This document shows, piece after piece, positions 55,014 to 64,000 of a stretch of DNA of 64,000 nt. The translations under genes and the position numbers were made by a program. The notes below the pieces were generated by a model. That model worked only from the letters and a program-made list of their open reading frames with translations. It was not told the origin of the DNA and did not search any database. This stretch comes from Thermodesulfobacteriota bacterium (GTDB taxonomy: Bacteria > Desulfobacterota_D > UBA1144 > Nemesobacterales > Nemesobacteraceae), in contig OZ244920.1 of the NCBI GenBank assembly GCA_965221875.1, positions 822,824 through 886,823 on the forward strand, given 5' to 3'. Every line of letters starts with the position of its first letter. Position 1 is the first letter of the stretch.

Positions 55014-56422
55014 AAGAGATCACTCAACTTTTATCGGCACTTGAAACCCATATCGATCCGGAGATAGCAATCCCGGTCGCGATAGCGGTCGTCGTGCTTG
55101 CGGCAGTTTATTTTCTCTTCAGGAAAAAGGAAGTTCCGCTGGAGCCCGAGGTGCAGGAGCAGCCCGAGGCCGTTTCCGCTGAACCCCAAGAGGTTGTGCC
55201 GCCGCCCGAACCTCCCGCTCCGGAAGTTGTGCCCGTGCAAGTTGCCGAGCCTGCACCTGAACCGCAGTTTGCCGCACCCGAACCCGTAGCGGTGGAAGAA
55301 AAAGAAGTTGTGACGCTCCCTGCGGATTCGGTACCTGCGGATGAACCGATAGAGGTTGCCGAAAAACCGGTTCTTTCTAAAGAAACGGAAGTTGAACCTG
55401 AAGAACTGAAAGCTGAAGATGAACCTGAAGAAAAGAAGGTTGCCCGAGAGCCGGAGGAGATCGTTGCAGAAGAGGAAGAAGAAGATACAGAGGGGGATTT
55501 TTTCTCGAGACTGAGCCTCGGACTTTCCAAGACTCGCAGCGGGATTCTGCAGAATCTAGAGCATGTTTTTTCATCCGGGAGGATTGATGATGCGACTTGG
55601 GATGAGTTCGAGGAGATACTCATAATGTCGGATATGGGAGTTGCGACCACCGCGAAACTGCGAGAGAAAGTCTCGTCTTCATTTGGGGCGGGGGACAGCG
55701 GAGACATGGAGAGAATAAAAAGCCTTCTTGAAAAGGAGATTCTCGATATCCTAAAGGGAGTAGAGAGTCCGGTGTCTGATATGTCCGCCAAGCCGACGGT
55801 TTTCATGGTAGCGGGAGTTAACGGCGTCGGAAAAACTACATCAATAGGAAAAATCGCCAACAGGTTCACACGGGAAGGAAAGAAGGTAATGGTAGCCGCA
55901 GCCGATACATTCAGGGCAGCAGCAGTTGAGCAGCTCGGGGTTTGGGCCGAACGGGTGGGAAGCGATTTTCTTCGCGGCCAGACCGGAGCGGACCCATCCG
56001 CAGTAGCTTATGATGCGGTAAAGGCGTCGGTTTCAAGAGGCATTGACCTGCTCGTGATAGATACCGCCGGGCGGGTTCACACGAAAACGGGACTTATGGA
56101 TGAACTCAAGAAGCTGAGAAGAGTGGTCGCGCGTGAACTCGAGGGAGCTCCCCATGAAACTCTCCTTGTCGTTGATGCCACTACTGGGCAGAACGCCGTG
56201 GAGCAGGCCAGAGTTTTTGGCGAAGCCATCGGGGTGACTGGTATAGTCCTTACCAAACTCGACGGGACAGCCAAGGGGGGAATAATAGTGGCGATAGCGG
56301 AACAGCTTGGTCTTCCGGTTAAGTACATAGGGGTTGGAGAAGGTCTCGGGGACCTGCGCGAATTTGACGCCGGACAGTTCACAAAAGCGCTTTTCACATC
56401 GGACAAGGATGCTTTGCACTAG
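55010..56422 (+). CDS. ftsY: signal recognition particle receptor FtsY
   Basis: 470 aa. An N-terminal TM is followed by an acidic/Pro-rich A domain and an NG domain (GVNGVGKTT, DTAGR, TKLDGTAKGG). An ATGA overlap joins it to the upstream gene. Confidence 0.9.
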   Translation: MKEITQLLSALETHIDPEIAIPVAIAVVVLAAVYFLFRKKEVPLEPEVQEQPEAVSAEPQEVVPPPEPPAPEVVPVQVAEPAPEPQFAAPEPVAVEEKEVVTLPADSVPADEPIEVAEKPVLSKETEVEPEELKAEDEPEEKKVAREPEEIVAEEEEEDTEGDFFSRLSLGLSKTRSGILQNLEHVFSSGRIDDATWDEFEEILIMSDMGVATTAKLREKVSSSFGAGDSGDMERIKSLLEKEILDILKGVESPVSDMSAKPTVFMVAGVNGVGKTTSIGKIANRFTREGKKVMVAAADTFRAAAVEQLGVWAERVGSDFLRGQTGADPSAVAYDAVKASVSRGIDLLVIDTAGRVHTKTGLMDELKKLRRVVARELEGAPHETLLVVDATTGQNAVEQARVFGEAIGVTGIVLTKLDGTAKGGIIVAIAEQLGLPVKYIGVGEGLGDLREFDAGQFTKALFTSDKDALH

Positions 56423-56427
56423 GTTCT

Positions 56428-57537
56428 TTGATGCCCGCTCGAGATGACAGGGAGTTTATGAAAAAAGCCCTGAGGCTTGCCCTCAGGGGAGAAGGGTGTA
56501 CCAGTCCCAATCCCATGGTCGGTGCCGTCTGCGTACTCGGGGGACGCATCGTGGGCCGCGGCTATCATAAAAAAGCCGGGCTTGCCCACGCGGAGATAGA
56601 AGCGTTTGCGGATGCCGCGAAGAAGGGAATTTCACTAAAAGGTGCCACGCTTTACGTGACGCTTGAACCCTGTTGCCATACAGAAAAGCTTACTCCTCCG
56701 TGTACTGATGCCATAATAGCCTCGGGCGTATCCGATGTTGTCGTTGGAGCTATTGATCCTAATCCCAAGGTAAGCGGAAAAGGGGTGGCGAAGCTTCGCG
56801 AAAACGGAATAACGGTAAGAACTGGGGTGCTTGAGAGGGAATGCACAGAAACTAACGAGTTTTTTAACAAGCACGTCGTCTCGGGTCTTCCTTTCGTCAT
56901 CCTAAAATGTGCTTCCACTCTTGATGGCAAGATAGCTTCCGCAACGGGTGATTCCAAGTGGATAGGGAGCTTAAAGCAAAGGAAAATTGCCCATCGCCTG
57001 AGAAAAAGAGTGGATGCAGTAATTATCGGGATAAACACGGTGCTTGCTGATGACCCGGGACTTGACGTCCGCCTGGTCGGGGGAACCGTTCGCCAGCCGG
57101 TTCCGGTAATTATGGATTCAAAGCTTAGCATTTCGCCCGAGGCGAAGGTTTTCAGCACCCATCCCCGCTCGATAATAGCCACTACGGAGGCTGCAGCGCC
57201 TGTTAAGGAAAAGAGGCTTCGCGAGCTCGGTGCCGAGATACTGAGGTTTGAGTCCGACGCCACGGGCCGCGTACCTGCCGCAGACCTTCTTCGCGAGCTA
57301 GGCGCCATGGGAATGTGCGGTGTTCTCGTTGAAGGAGGGAGCAGGGTAGGGGCCTGTTTTCTTCGGGAGGGCTTGGTTGACAAGGTGGTTTTCTTTTACG
57401 CGCCCAAGATCATCGGAGGCGACGGGGTGAGTATGGTCGGGGATCTTGGGAAGCAATCGATTGAGAATGCGATCAGTATCAAGAATATTAAGGTCAGAAG
57501 GTTCGGCGATGAAGTGATGATAGAGGGCTACGTATGA
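56428..57537 (+). CDS. ribD: bifunctional riboflavin biosynthesis deaminase/reductase RibD
   Basis: 369 aa. The deaminase zinc motifs are HAEIEA and TLEPCCH...PPC. The reductase domain shows ASTLDGKIA. Confidence 0.9.
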   Translation: MMPARDDREFMKKALRLALRGEGCTSPNPMVGAVCVLGGRIVGRGYHKKAGLAHAEIEAFADAAKKGISLKGATLYVTLEPCCHTEKLTPPCTDAIIASGVSDVVVGAIDPNPKVSGKGVAKLRENGITVRTGVLERECTETNEFFNKHVVSGLPFVILKCASTLDGKIASATGDSKWIGSLKQRKIAHRLRKRVDAVIIGINTVLADDPGLDVRLVGGTVRQPVPVIMDSKLSISPEAKVFSTHPRSIIATTEAAAPVKEKRLRELGAEILRFESDATGRVPAADLLRELGAMGMCGVLVEGGSRVGACFLREGLVDKVVFFYAPKIIGGDGVSMVGDLGKQSIENAISIKNIKVRRFGDEVMIEGYV

Positions 57538-58199
57538 AGATAGGCCTGATGGGCGGCTCGTTCGATCCCGTGCACGCGGGTCACCTGAGGGCTGCTGAGG
57601 AGATAAGCGAAAGACTGGCGCTAGACGAGGTGGTTTTTATTCCTACTCTTGTCTCTCCCCATAAAAGCTCAGAGACCATGGCTGCCTCTTCTCACAGGCT
57701 CAATATGCTTAACCTTTCGGCAAAGCGTAATTCCCGTTTCAGGGTTTCCGACATGGAACTCCGCAGGGAGCCTCCTTCCTACACTGTCGATACGCTCAGG
57801 GCGCTTAAACAAAGCGGTCCGGAAAACGGATATTACTTCATAATGGGTTGCGAACTTTTCGCGGAAATAGACACGTGGAAAAATTTCCCGGAACTTTTCA
57901 ACTACTCAAGTTTCGTTGTTCTTCGCCGCCCCGGTTACGACTTTGCTGATTCCGCCAGTACGATTCCTCTTGCCCTCAAAAATGACTTTCGATATTCTTA
58001 TAGCGACAGGGGTATGGATGTTTTTGCTCACAAAAGCTCAAATAAGTTGTTTTTCATAGATATCGCCGGTGTAAGGGTTTCTTCCACGGAGGTCAGGGAG
58101 CTTGCCCGCCATGGCAATTCGCTCAGGTATCTGGTCCCGCGCGAGGTGGAGAGGTATATAGCGGAAAACGGCCTTTACCAGCTGGAGGAGAAACCATAG
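57534..58199 (+). CDS. nadD: nicotinate-nucleotide adenylyltransferase
   Basis: 221 aa. GLMGGSFDPVHAGH (the (T/H)xGH motif) and the ISSTEVR-like VSSTEVRE. Confidence 0.9.
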   Translation: MKIGLMGGSFDPVHAGHLRAAEEISERLALDEVVFIPTLVSPHKSSETMAASSHRLNMLNLSAKRNSRFRVSDMELRREPPSYTVDTLRALKQSGPENGYYFIMGCELFAEIDTWKNFPELFNYSSFVVLRRPGYDFADSASTIPLALKNDFRYSYSDRGMDVFAHKSSNKLFFIDIAGVRVSSTEVRELARHGNSLRYLVPREVERYIAENGLYQLEEKP

Positions 58200-58216
58200 A
58201 GCCCAGAGAAAAAGCC

Positions 58217-58567
58217 TTGTTTGTCGCCCGCGCCGCTTGGGAGAAGAAGGCGGAGGACCCCGTGATTCTGGAAATTGGGGAGAAAAGCGACGTGGCGGAT
58301 TATTTCGTTGTGTGCAGTGCGAACTCCGACAGGGGAGTGCGGACCATAGTGGAGAACGTCGAGCGGGAACTTAAAAAGCGCGGAGTAAAGATATTCGGAA
58401 CCGAAGGCGTCTCCGAAGGCCGATGGGTGCTGCTTGACCTCGTGGACGTGGTTCTCCATGTGTTCTACCGGTCCGTCCGGGAATTCTACGACATTGAAGG
58501 GCTCTGGATCGATACCCCGAGGGTGGATCTGCCATTCCTTAAGGAAGGCAGATCCGAGGTTGTCTAA
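58217..58567 (+). CDS. rsfS: ribosome silencing factor RsfS
   Basis: 116 aa. KKAEDPVILEIGEKSDVADYFVVCSANSDR...WVLLDLVDVVLHVF is the RsfS/iojap pattern. It follows nadD as usual. Confidence 0.85.
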   Translation: MFVARAAWEKKAEDPVILEIGEKSDVADYFVVCSANSDRGVRTIVENVERELKKRGVKIFGTEGVSEGRWVLLDLVDVVLHVFYRSVREFYDIEGLWIDTPRVDLPFLKEGRSEVV

Positions 58568-58584
58568 CACAGCCCGGCCAGTTC

Positions 58585-59661
58585 TTAGCGGGCAATTCTT
58601 TCTTTTCTTCTGACGAAAGTTGGTATGTCGAGGTCTTCCTCTACATCGGGACTGTACGGCTGTTCCGAAATCATATCGGTCGCCCTTTTATCGATGTAAT
58701 TCTCTATCCCGGTTGCGACCACGGTGATTCTTACGAAATCCTTGGCCTTTTCATCGAAGACCAGACCGAAAATCAGATCGATGTCGCCGTTTGCCCTTTC
58801 CCTCACGTGGCTGCACGCTTCGTTCAGCTCCTCAATTCCGAAGTCCTCCGAAGCCGTTACGTTCATCAGCATTCCTTTGGCTCCGGCAATGGACACCTCC
58901 TCGAGAAGAGGACTTGTTATGGCCATCTGCGCTGCCTGAGTCGCCCGGTTCGGACCCTGTGCGAACCCAGAACTCATAAGGGCTTTACCTCCGTGGTTTG
59001 CCATTATGCTTTTCACATCGGCAAAATCGACATTGATGTATCCAGTTCCCGTAACGATGTCGGAAATTCCCTTTACTGCTTGGTAAAGAACTTCATCCGC
59101 CTGACGAAAAGCGTCAAGAATGCTGACCTTGTGGATGGCCGCAAGCTTGTCGTTGGGAATCACAATCAGCGTGTCGACATGTTTGTCCAGCTCCTCGATT
59201 CCGTAATCGGCGTTTTCCCTTCTTGTAATTCCCTCAAATTCAAAGGGCTTTGTGACTATAGCCACGGTGAGAATATCCTTCTCCTTACATACCTGGGCGA
59301 TTACGGGAGAAACACCAGTACCGGTTCCGCCTCCCATTCCTGCGGTTATGAAAACCATGTCGGCCTCTCCGAGAACCTCTGCTATTTTCTCTTGGTCCTC
59401 AAGAGCCGCTTCTTTTGCAATCAGGGGGTTTCCTCCGGAACCCAGGCCTCTCGATATGCTCTCTCCTATGTGGATTTGAGTCGGTGCCAGTGATTTGTTT
59501 AGATCCTGGAAATCCGTGTTTACGGCGACGAACTCCACTTCTTTAAGTCCTCTGCTTATCATGGTGTTGACGGCATTTCCGCCGGCCCCACCTGTCCCTA
59601 CAACCTTGATTCTGGCTCTGCCGAAACCATCATCAATATTCTCAATCCTAAAACTTGCCAT
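58585..59661 (-). CDS. ftsZ: cell division protein FtsZ
   Basis: 358 aa. Tubulin signature GGGTGTG, plus NTDFQDL and the C-terminal DIPTFVRR peptide. Confidence 0.95.
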   Translation of the reverse strand: MASFRIENIDDGFGRARIKVVGTGGAGGNAVNTMISRGLKEVEFVAVNTDFQDLNKSLAPTQIHIGESISRGLGSGGNPLIAKEAALEDQEKIAEVLGEADMVFITAGMGGGTGTGVSPVIAQVCKEKDILTVAIVTKPFEFEGITRRENADYGIEELDKHVDTLIVIPNDKLAAIHKVSILDAFRQADEVLYQAVKGISDIVTGTGYINVDFADVKSIMANHGGKALMSSGFAQGPNRATQAAQMAITSPLLEEVSIAGAKGMLMNVTASEDFGIEELNEACSHVRERANGDIDLIFGLVFDEKAKDFVRITVVATGIENYIDKRATDMISEQPYSPDVEEDLDIPTFVRRKERIAR

Positions 59662-59689
59662 ATGTTTACCCTCCGGTTTGATTTTCTCT

Positions 59690-60931
59690 TTAAAAAAATT
59701 CGTTAAACCATCCTTTCATTCTTGTAAAAACATTCTTCTGCGTCAGTCCACCTGCTGTAACGGCGGGTCCTTTATTCAAACTTGCGTATTTAACTAGTCC
59801 CACTCCGGTTGAATAGATGGGGTCGGTTATAATCTCCGTGAGACCGTTTACATCGCGGGGTATCCCGATGCGGACAGGCATATCGAGTACTTGCTCGGCA
59901 AGAGTCGTCATCTCCCGCATCTTGCTGCTTCCCCCGGTAAGCACCACTCCCGCCGGAAGCAAGCCGATGAACCCATGCTTTGAAAATTCCTTTTGTATGA
60001 GTGTGAAGATTTCTTCCATTCTCAGTTGGATTATCGTAGTGAGGTCCCTTTTGAAAACATTCTTGGGCTCGTGTCCAGAAGCGGTTTTCACCTCTACTTT
60101 CTCATCGCTCATTATTAATCCGTTTTGGTTCGCCGTGGCCATGCCATGATTTTCCTTGAGCTTTCTTGCTTCAGGAAGCGGTACCGAGAGCCCGAAGGCT
60201 ATGTCCCTGTCGAGATGGTCTCCCCCGAGGGTGATGCTTTCGGTATACTTGATGCTTCCGTTAATGAACACCGCTATATCGCATGTACCCCCTCCGAAGT
60301 CTATCATTGCTACCCCGATCTCCCTTTCGTCCTGCGTGAGAACCGCCTCGCTTGAGGCTATCTGCTCAATTACCATGTCAACGGAAGTCATTCCCGACAT
60401 TTCTATGCATTTTATGATGTTCCGGGCCGCGGTTACGTCCCCCGTGACTATGTGGACGTCCGCCTCAAGCTTTAAGCCGTGAATCCCGACTGGATCGTTT
60501 ATACCGCTTTCCCTGTCAACTGTGTAGTCCTGCGGGATGGCGTGAATAATTTCCCTTTCCGCCGGAATCAGAAGGGCGTTTGCCGATTCTATGACTCTCT
60601 CGATATCCTTAGGAGTCACCTCCTTTTCTCGCAGGGTGACCATTCCGTGCCCGTTCATTCCCTTTATATGCCCGCCGGCTATTCCTACTATGACTTCCTT
60701 TATCAAATGTCCGGACATTTGTTCGGCTTTCTCGACCGCGTTCTGTATGGAGTCCACGGTCTTGTCTATGTTGACCACTACCCCCCTTTTGAGTCCGTGG
60801 GAGGGGTGGTTACCGACGCCGATTATCTCAATCTCGCCTCCTGGGTCGGACTCACCAACCACTACGGAGACTTTTGTCGTTCCTATGTCGAGACCAACTA
60901 TCGGTACCGAACTGTTTTTTCTCTGTGCCAT
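59690..60931 (-). CDS. ftsA: cell division protein FtsA
   Basis: 413 aa. Actin-fold phosphate motifs are VGLDIGTTKV and MIDFGGGTCD. It lies between ftsQ and ftsZ. Confidence 0.95.
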   Translation of the reverse strand: MAQRKNSSVPIVGLDIGTTKVSVVVGESDPGGEIEIIGVGNHPSHGLKRGVVVNIDKTVDSIQNAVEKAEQMSGHLIKEVIVGIAGGHIKGMNGHGMVTLREKEVTPKDIERVIESANALLIPAEREIIHAIPQDYTVDRESGINDPVGIHGLKLEADVHIVTGDVTAARNIIKCIEMSGMTSVDMVIEQIASSEAVLTQDEREIGVAMIDFGGGTCDIAVFINGSIKYTESITLGGDHLDRDIAFGLSVPLPEARKLKENHGMATANQNGLIMSDEKVEVKTASGHEPKNVFKRDLTTIIQLRMEEIFTLIQKEFSKHGFIGLLPAGVVLTGGSSKMREMTTLAEQVLDMPVRIGIPRDVNGLTEIITDPIYSTGVGLVKYASLNKGPAVTAGGLTQKNVFTRMKGWFNEFF

Positions 60932-60940
60932 TTCGTGATG

Positions 60941-61642
60941 TTAGGAGTCGTAGCCTATTACGCCTACGTCACCCGAGCTTATGTCTATGTCTTTTTCCAC
61001 CAGGTTGTTCCTGCGTGAGTGAACTATTATCCTCTCAACCTTGTGCCACTTGTTTTTCATGTTGTTTTTTCCGAAGGTTACGAATCTTCGGTCAAGGGTT
61101 AAGAGCTTGATGCCGAAGGTCTCTTCCACTACTACTTCCGAGATTTCCGACCAGCCAAGAGTTGGACTTGCCTTGGAGAGGTTGAGAATCTCGATTGCCT
61201 GGAGCATGAGGCTCGGACTGATTTTCTCCTTGCTTGAGATAACCGGGAAATCAAGACCTTGCGATGACTCTGTTGCGCCTAGCCGTTTTCCGTTTACATC
61301 TATGTAGTATGGTTTAGTCCCCTCCCGGGCCACTATGCAGAAGGGTTTGTTTTCGTAGATTTCAATTTTTATTTTTCCGTGAAGAAGCTTTTTCACCCGT
61401 ACTTCGCTTACCCATGGATTCTCAAGGATTTCCTGCTTCGCTTTGGAAGTGGGAAACAGCATGGATGTTGAACCGGCTCTTATTCCAGAGCGTTTTATGA
61501 TTTCCGAGGAACTTATCTTGCTGTTCCCCGTGATAACAATCTCCTTCACGGTGAGATGTTCCGCCGGCTCCATTGCGAAAATAGTAATTGCGCAGACCGA
61601 GAGGAAAAAAACTGTCGATATTACCTTTGTCAGCGTGTTCAT
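60941..61642 (-). CDS. ftsQ: cell division protein FtsQ
   Basis: 233 aa. An N-terminal TM is followed by a POTRA-like segment (VKEIVITGNSKISSSEIIKRSGI). It holds the conserved position between murB and ftsA. Confidence 0.75.
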   Translation of the reverse strand: MNTLTKVISTVFFLSVCAITIFAMEPAEHLTVKEIVITGNSKISSSEIIKRSGIRAGSTSMLFPTSKAKQEILENPWVSEVRVKKLLHGKIKIEIYENKPFCIVAREGTKPYYIDVNGKRLGATESSQGLDFPVISSKEKISPSLMLQAIEILNLSKASPTLGWSEISEVVVEETFGIKLLTLDRRFVTFGKNNMKNKWHKVERIIVHSRRNNLVEKDIDISSGDVGVIGYDS

Positions 61643-62535
61643 GCGGCTCCCGTCTCCTTGCCCATTATTTCGACTTCGGGCTCAAGATTTATTTTCCGTT
61701 TTTTTAAGGCGACTTCCCTGGCTTTTTCAATGAGTGCGATGATATCGTCGGCTTTTGCCCTGTTGAAGTTCACGATGAAATTCGCGTGGATTTCCGAGAA
61801 CTTGGCTCCGCCTACGCAAAGCCCCTTGAACCCCAGCCCCTCGAGCAGTTCTCCAGCACTGACCGTGGGTGGGTTTTTGAAGACCGAACCCGTGTTGGCC
61901 ATTTTTACGGGCTGGGTCCTGTTTCTGTAAGCGAGGTACTGTCTTACGTTCTCCTCACTTTTTCTCCTGTCTCCTACGCGCAGTTCGAACACGGCTTTCG
62001 TGACTATGGCACCCTCGGGCAGGTTGCTTTTCCTGTACTCGAAGTTTATTTCTTCTCTTGACAGCTCCTTTTCCTCTCCCTCGTGCCATATGTGAATTTT
62101 TTTCACCGCGTCCTTTATCTCTCCCCCGTTCGCGCCGGCGTTCATGTATATGCTTCCTCCCACAGTTCCAGGTATGCCGGCGGCGAACTCGAACCCCGTG
62201 AGTCCGAGGCGGATCGATCTGTTCATTATGGATGAGAGCATTGCGCCGCATTCGGCTTCAACGCGCGTTTCGTCTATGCGTACTTCCTTTAGCTTCCTCG
62301 TGCTTATGACTACGCCGTCTATTCCCTGCTCGGTTATTATGGTGTTGGAACCGGCTCCGAGGACGGTGACTTTCTCCCCCGACTCGTGGCAGTGCTTGAG
62401 CAGTTCGAGGAAACTTTTCATGTTCTGTGGATACACGAGGCGCTTCGCCTCACCCCCGACTTTTATGTACAGGTATTTTCTCATCGGGTAATTGTCCAGT
62501 ATCTCAAGGTCGCTGTTTTGAGTTGAATTGTTCAT
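61639..62535 (-). CDS. murB: UDP-N-acetylenolpyruvoylglucosamine reductase
   Basis: 298 aa. FAD-binding domain (VTVLGAGSNTII), plus FEFAAGIPGTVGGSIYMNAGANG and GSVFKNP. Confidence 0.9.
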   Translation of the reverse strand: MNNSTQNSDLEILDNYPMRKYLYIKVGGEAKRLVYPQNMKSFLELLKHCHESGEKVTVLGAGSNTIITEQGIDGVVISTRKLKEVRIDETRVEAECGAMLSSIMNRSIRLGLTGFEFAAGIPGTVGGSIYMNAGANGGEIKDAVKKIHIWHEGEEKELSREEINFEYRKSNLPEGAIVTKAVFELRVGDRRKSEENVRQYLAYRNRTQPVKMANTGSVFKNPPTVSAGELLEGLGFKGLCVGGAKFSEIHANFIVNFNRAKADDIIALIEKAREVALKKRKINLEPEVEIMGKETGAA

Positions 62536-63899
62536 ACGATCAGTTCTGCGATCCTGTCCCCGTACTTCCAGACGTTTCCGGCGCCCGAGGTAAGCAGGAT
62601 GTCTCCTTTTTTGAGCTCATTTGCCATGCGGTCCACGAAAGCATCGGGGTCATCCACGTGACGTGCGTTCGCATTGCCTGCCTTTTTTATGTCTTCGACC
62701 AGCTTTTCTGAAGTTATTCCCTTTACCGGTTTTTCCCCGGCGGGATATATATCAAGAATGTATAGGTGTTTTATCTTTCCTAAAACCCTGACAAAATCGC
62801 TGTAAAGAAGCTTTGTCCTAGAAAATCTGTGGGGCTGGAAGAGAAGAATCGGTTCTTGGGAAAACGCCGCCTTAAGAGCTTCTATAGTGACTTCCAGCTC
62901 ACTTGGGTGATGCCCGTAATCGTCTATTATTTTTACACCCTTCCTATCACTTTTCAACTGCAGTCTTCTTTCCGTGCCCTCAAAGTTAGCAAGACCCTCT
63001 TTTATCTTCTCGAAACTGAAGCCGAATTCCATTCCCACGGCTATTGCGGCCAGGGAATTTAGAGCGTTATGGGCTCCCAGAGTGCTGAGATCCACCTCTC
63101 CGAGCAGGTAACCTCCGTATGTCACTTCAAAAAATGTTTTCAGCTTGGAAAAGCGTATGTTCTCGGCCATTAGGTCTGCGGGGCCTTTTATTCCGTAAGT
63201 CAGTATTTTTTTGTTGAATTTCCTGCTTATCTCTGCGGTTCTCGGACAGTCGGCGCATGTTACTGCAAGTCCGTAGAAGGGAATTTTGTGCAGGAAGTTG
63301 GAGAAGGCAAGCTCAAGGGCCTTCATGTCTCCGTAGTAATCAAGGTGCTCTTTATCGATATTTGTGAGCACCGTGACGACAGGAGAGAGTTTTTCGAATG
63401 ATCCGTCGCTTTCGTCGGCTTCCACTACCATGAAACGGCCGGTTCCAAGATGGGCGTTTGAATCTATGGTCCGCAGCTTTCCTCCTACCACTATGGTTGG
63501 ATCGGCACCGCAGTGGGAAAGCACCGACGCTATCATGGAGGACGTGGTGGTTTTTCCGTGGCTTCCGGCGACTGCGATGCCGAACTTGAGTCTCATCAGT
63601 TCCGCGAGCATTTCCGCTCTAGGTATGAGGGGAACCCTGGCCGCGGCGGCGGCGATCATCTCGGGGTTGTCCTTCCTGATGGCCGATGAGTATACGACCA
63701 CCTCGCTTCCTTTGACGTTTTCCGAGCTGTGACCCGTATGAACGACGGCTCCCAGAGAAACCAGACGTTGCGTTATCTGGGTTTCCGCGAGATCGGAACC
63801 GCTTACCTCAAGACCCATGTTGATCAGCACTTCGGCTATGCCACTCATTCCTATGCCGCCTATACCGATGAAATGAACTTTCTTTATCTTGCCGTACAT
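62532..63899 (-). CDS. murC: UDP-N-acetylmuramate--L-alanine ligase
   Basis: 455 aa. HFIGIGGIGMSGIAEVL, the P-loop AVAGSHGKTTTSSM, and DDYGHHPSE. Confidence 0.95.
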   Translation of the reverse strand: MYGKIKKVHFIGIGGIGMSGIAEVLINMGLEVSGSDLAETQITQRLVSLGAVVHTGHSSENVKGSEVVVYSSAIRKDNPEMIAAAAARVPLIPRAEMLAELMRLKFGIAVAGSHGKTTTSSMIASVLSHCGADPTIVVGGKLRTIDSNAHLGTGRFMVVEADESDGSFEKLSPVVTVLTNIDKEHLDYYGDMKALELAFSNFLHKIPFYGLAVTCADCPRTAEISRKFNKKILTYGIKGPADLMAENIRFSKLKTFFEVTYGGYLLGEVDLSTLGAHNALNSLAAIAVGMEFGFSFEKIKEGLANFEGTERRLQLKSDRKGVKIIDDYGHHPSELEVTIEALKAAFSQEPILLFQPHRFSRTKLLYSDFVRVLGKIKHLYILDIYPAGEKPVKGITSEKLVEDIKKAGNANARHVDDPDAFVDRMANELKKGDILLTSGAGNVWKYGDRIAELIV

Positions 63900-63903
63900 T
63901 CGA

Positions 63904-64000
63904 TTATCCGATTATGTGCTCGATTTCGTTTACAATTTCCCGGGCGGCGTGTGGCCGCGCGAGTTTTTTCGAGTTTTCCGCCATGCGACCGAGGTTGCCC
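63904..64000 (-). CDS. murG: MurG glycosyltransferase, C-terminal end (gene starts beyond window end)
   Basis: The minus-strand translation ...GNLGRMAENSKKLARPHAAREIVNEIEHIIG-stop resembles the MurG C-terminus. The position upstream of murC fits dcw gene order. Only 32 codons are visible. Confidence 0.55.
   Translation of the reverse strand, partial: GNLGRMAENSKKLARPHAAREIVNEIEHIIG

Noticed and set aside
55108-55869. 253-aa minus-strand ORF rich in Ser/Gly/Thr
   Set aside because: It is antisense to the acidic/Pro-rich A domain and the start of the NG domain of ftsY. It is the mirror image of a low-complexity coding region.
56652-57383. 243-aa minus-strand ORF
   Set aside because: It is antisense to ribD, which has clear deaminase and reductase motifs. 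No domain is recognisable.
58807-59493. 228-aa plus-strand ORF
   Set aside because: It is antisense to ftsZ, whose GGGTGTG signature lies on the minus strand.
1-64000. Search for rRNA, tRNA, tmRNA/SRP RNA, CRISPR arrays and known riboswitches in all intergenic regions
   Set aside because: I found no GTTCGAATC-type T-arm with cloverleaf context, no regularly spaced direct repeats, and no recognisable FMN/TPP/SAM/cobalamin cores. ribD has no upstream space at all. A covariance-model scan (Infernal/Rfam, tRNAscan-SE) would be needed to exclude structured RNAs definitively.

Overview
Densely coding 64-kb chromosomal segment, roughly half G+C by eye, from a bacterium with a Gram-negative-type gene set (ExbB/ExbD/TonB-like genes, dcw cluster). 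I cannot assign a phylum from sequence alone. Most of the window is housekeeping. In order: leuB (partial), an FAH-family hydrolase, truA, an orphan OppB-like permease, a giant S41 protease, an AmiS/UreI-like channel, nth-nuoJKL, cytochrome c, Rrf2-sufBCD-Rieske, a DUF35/thiolase pair, an LLM oxidoreductase, cysH plus a PiT permease, pyrE, a GT-C membrane protein, thrC, acyP-MBL-ftsB, rsmA, dacB, polA, ffh-rpsP-KH-rimM-trmD-rplS, a CDP-alcohol transferase, a SPOR protein, argS, a histidine phosphatase, tonB/exbD/exbB-like genes, ruvB-ruvA-ruvC-yebC, rho, a Cld-family gene with ftsY-ribD-nadD-rsfS, and the dcw end ftsZ-ftsA-ftsQ-murB-murC-murG (partial). I found no rRNA, tRNA or CRISPR array. 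There are four accessory or unusual elements. (1) 7.2-10.0 kb holds a self-contained cassette: a small RHH-like protein plus two tandem, extended acetoacetate-decarboxylase-family paralogs with their own promoter, perfect SDs and terminator, and codon usage resembling the ribosomal-protein genes. (2) 26.6-27.3 kb holds a hicAB toxin-antitoxin pair. (3) 49.8-51.9 kb holds an apparently intact 2.09-kb ISAs1-type insertion sequence with 11-bp terminal inverted repeats and a 10-bp target duplication; its transposase carries a DUF4338-like N-terminal domain. It sits just upstream of rho. (4) A truncated IS5-family transposase lies just downstream of rho. trmD is fused to a second SPOUT-like domain. 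I do not see a clear-cut new multi-gene system such as a defence island. The ADC-like cassette is the best candidate for undescribed biology, and that is a hypothesis. All homology calls are by-eye motif recognition; no searches were run.
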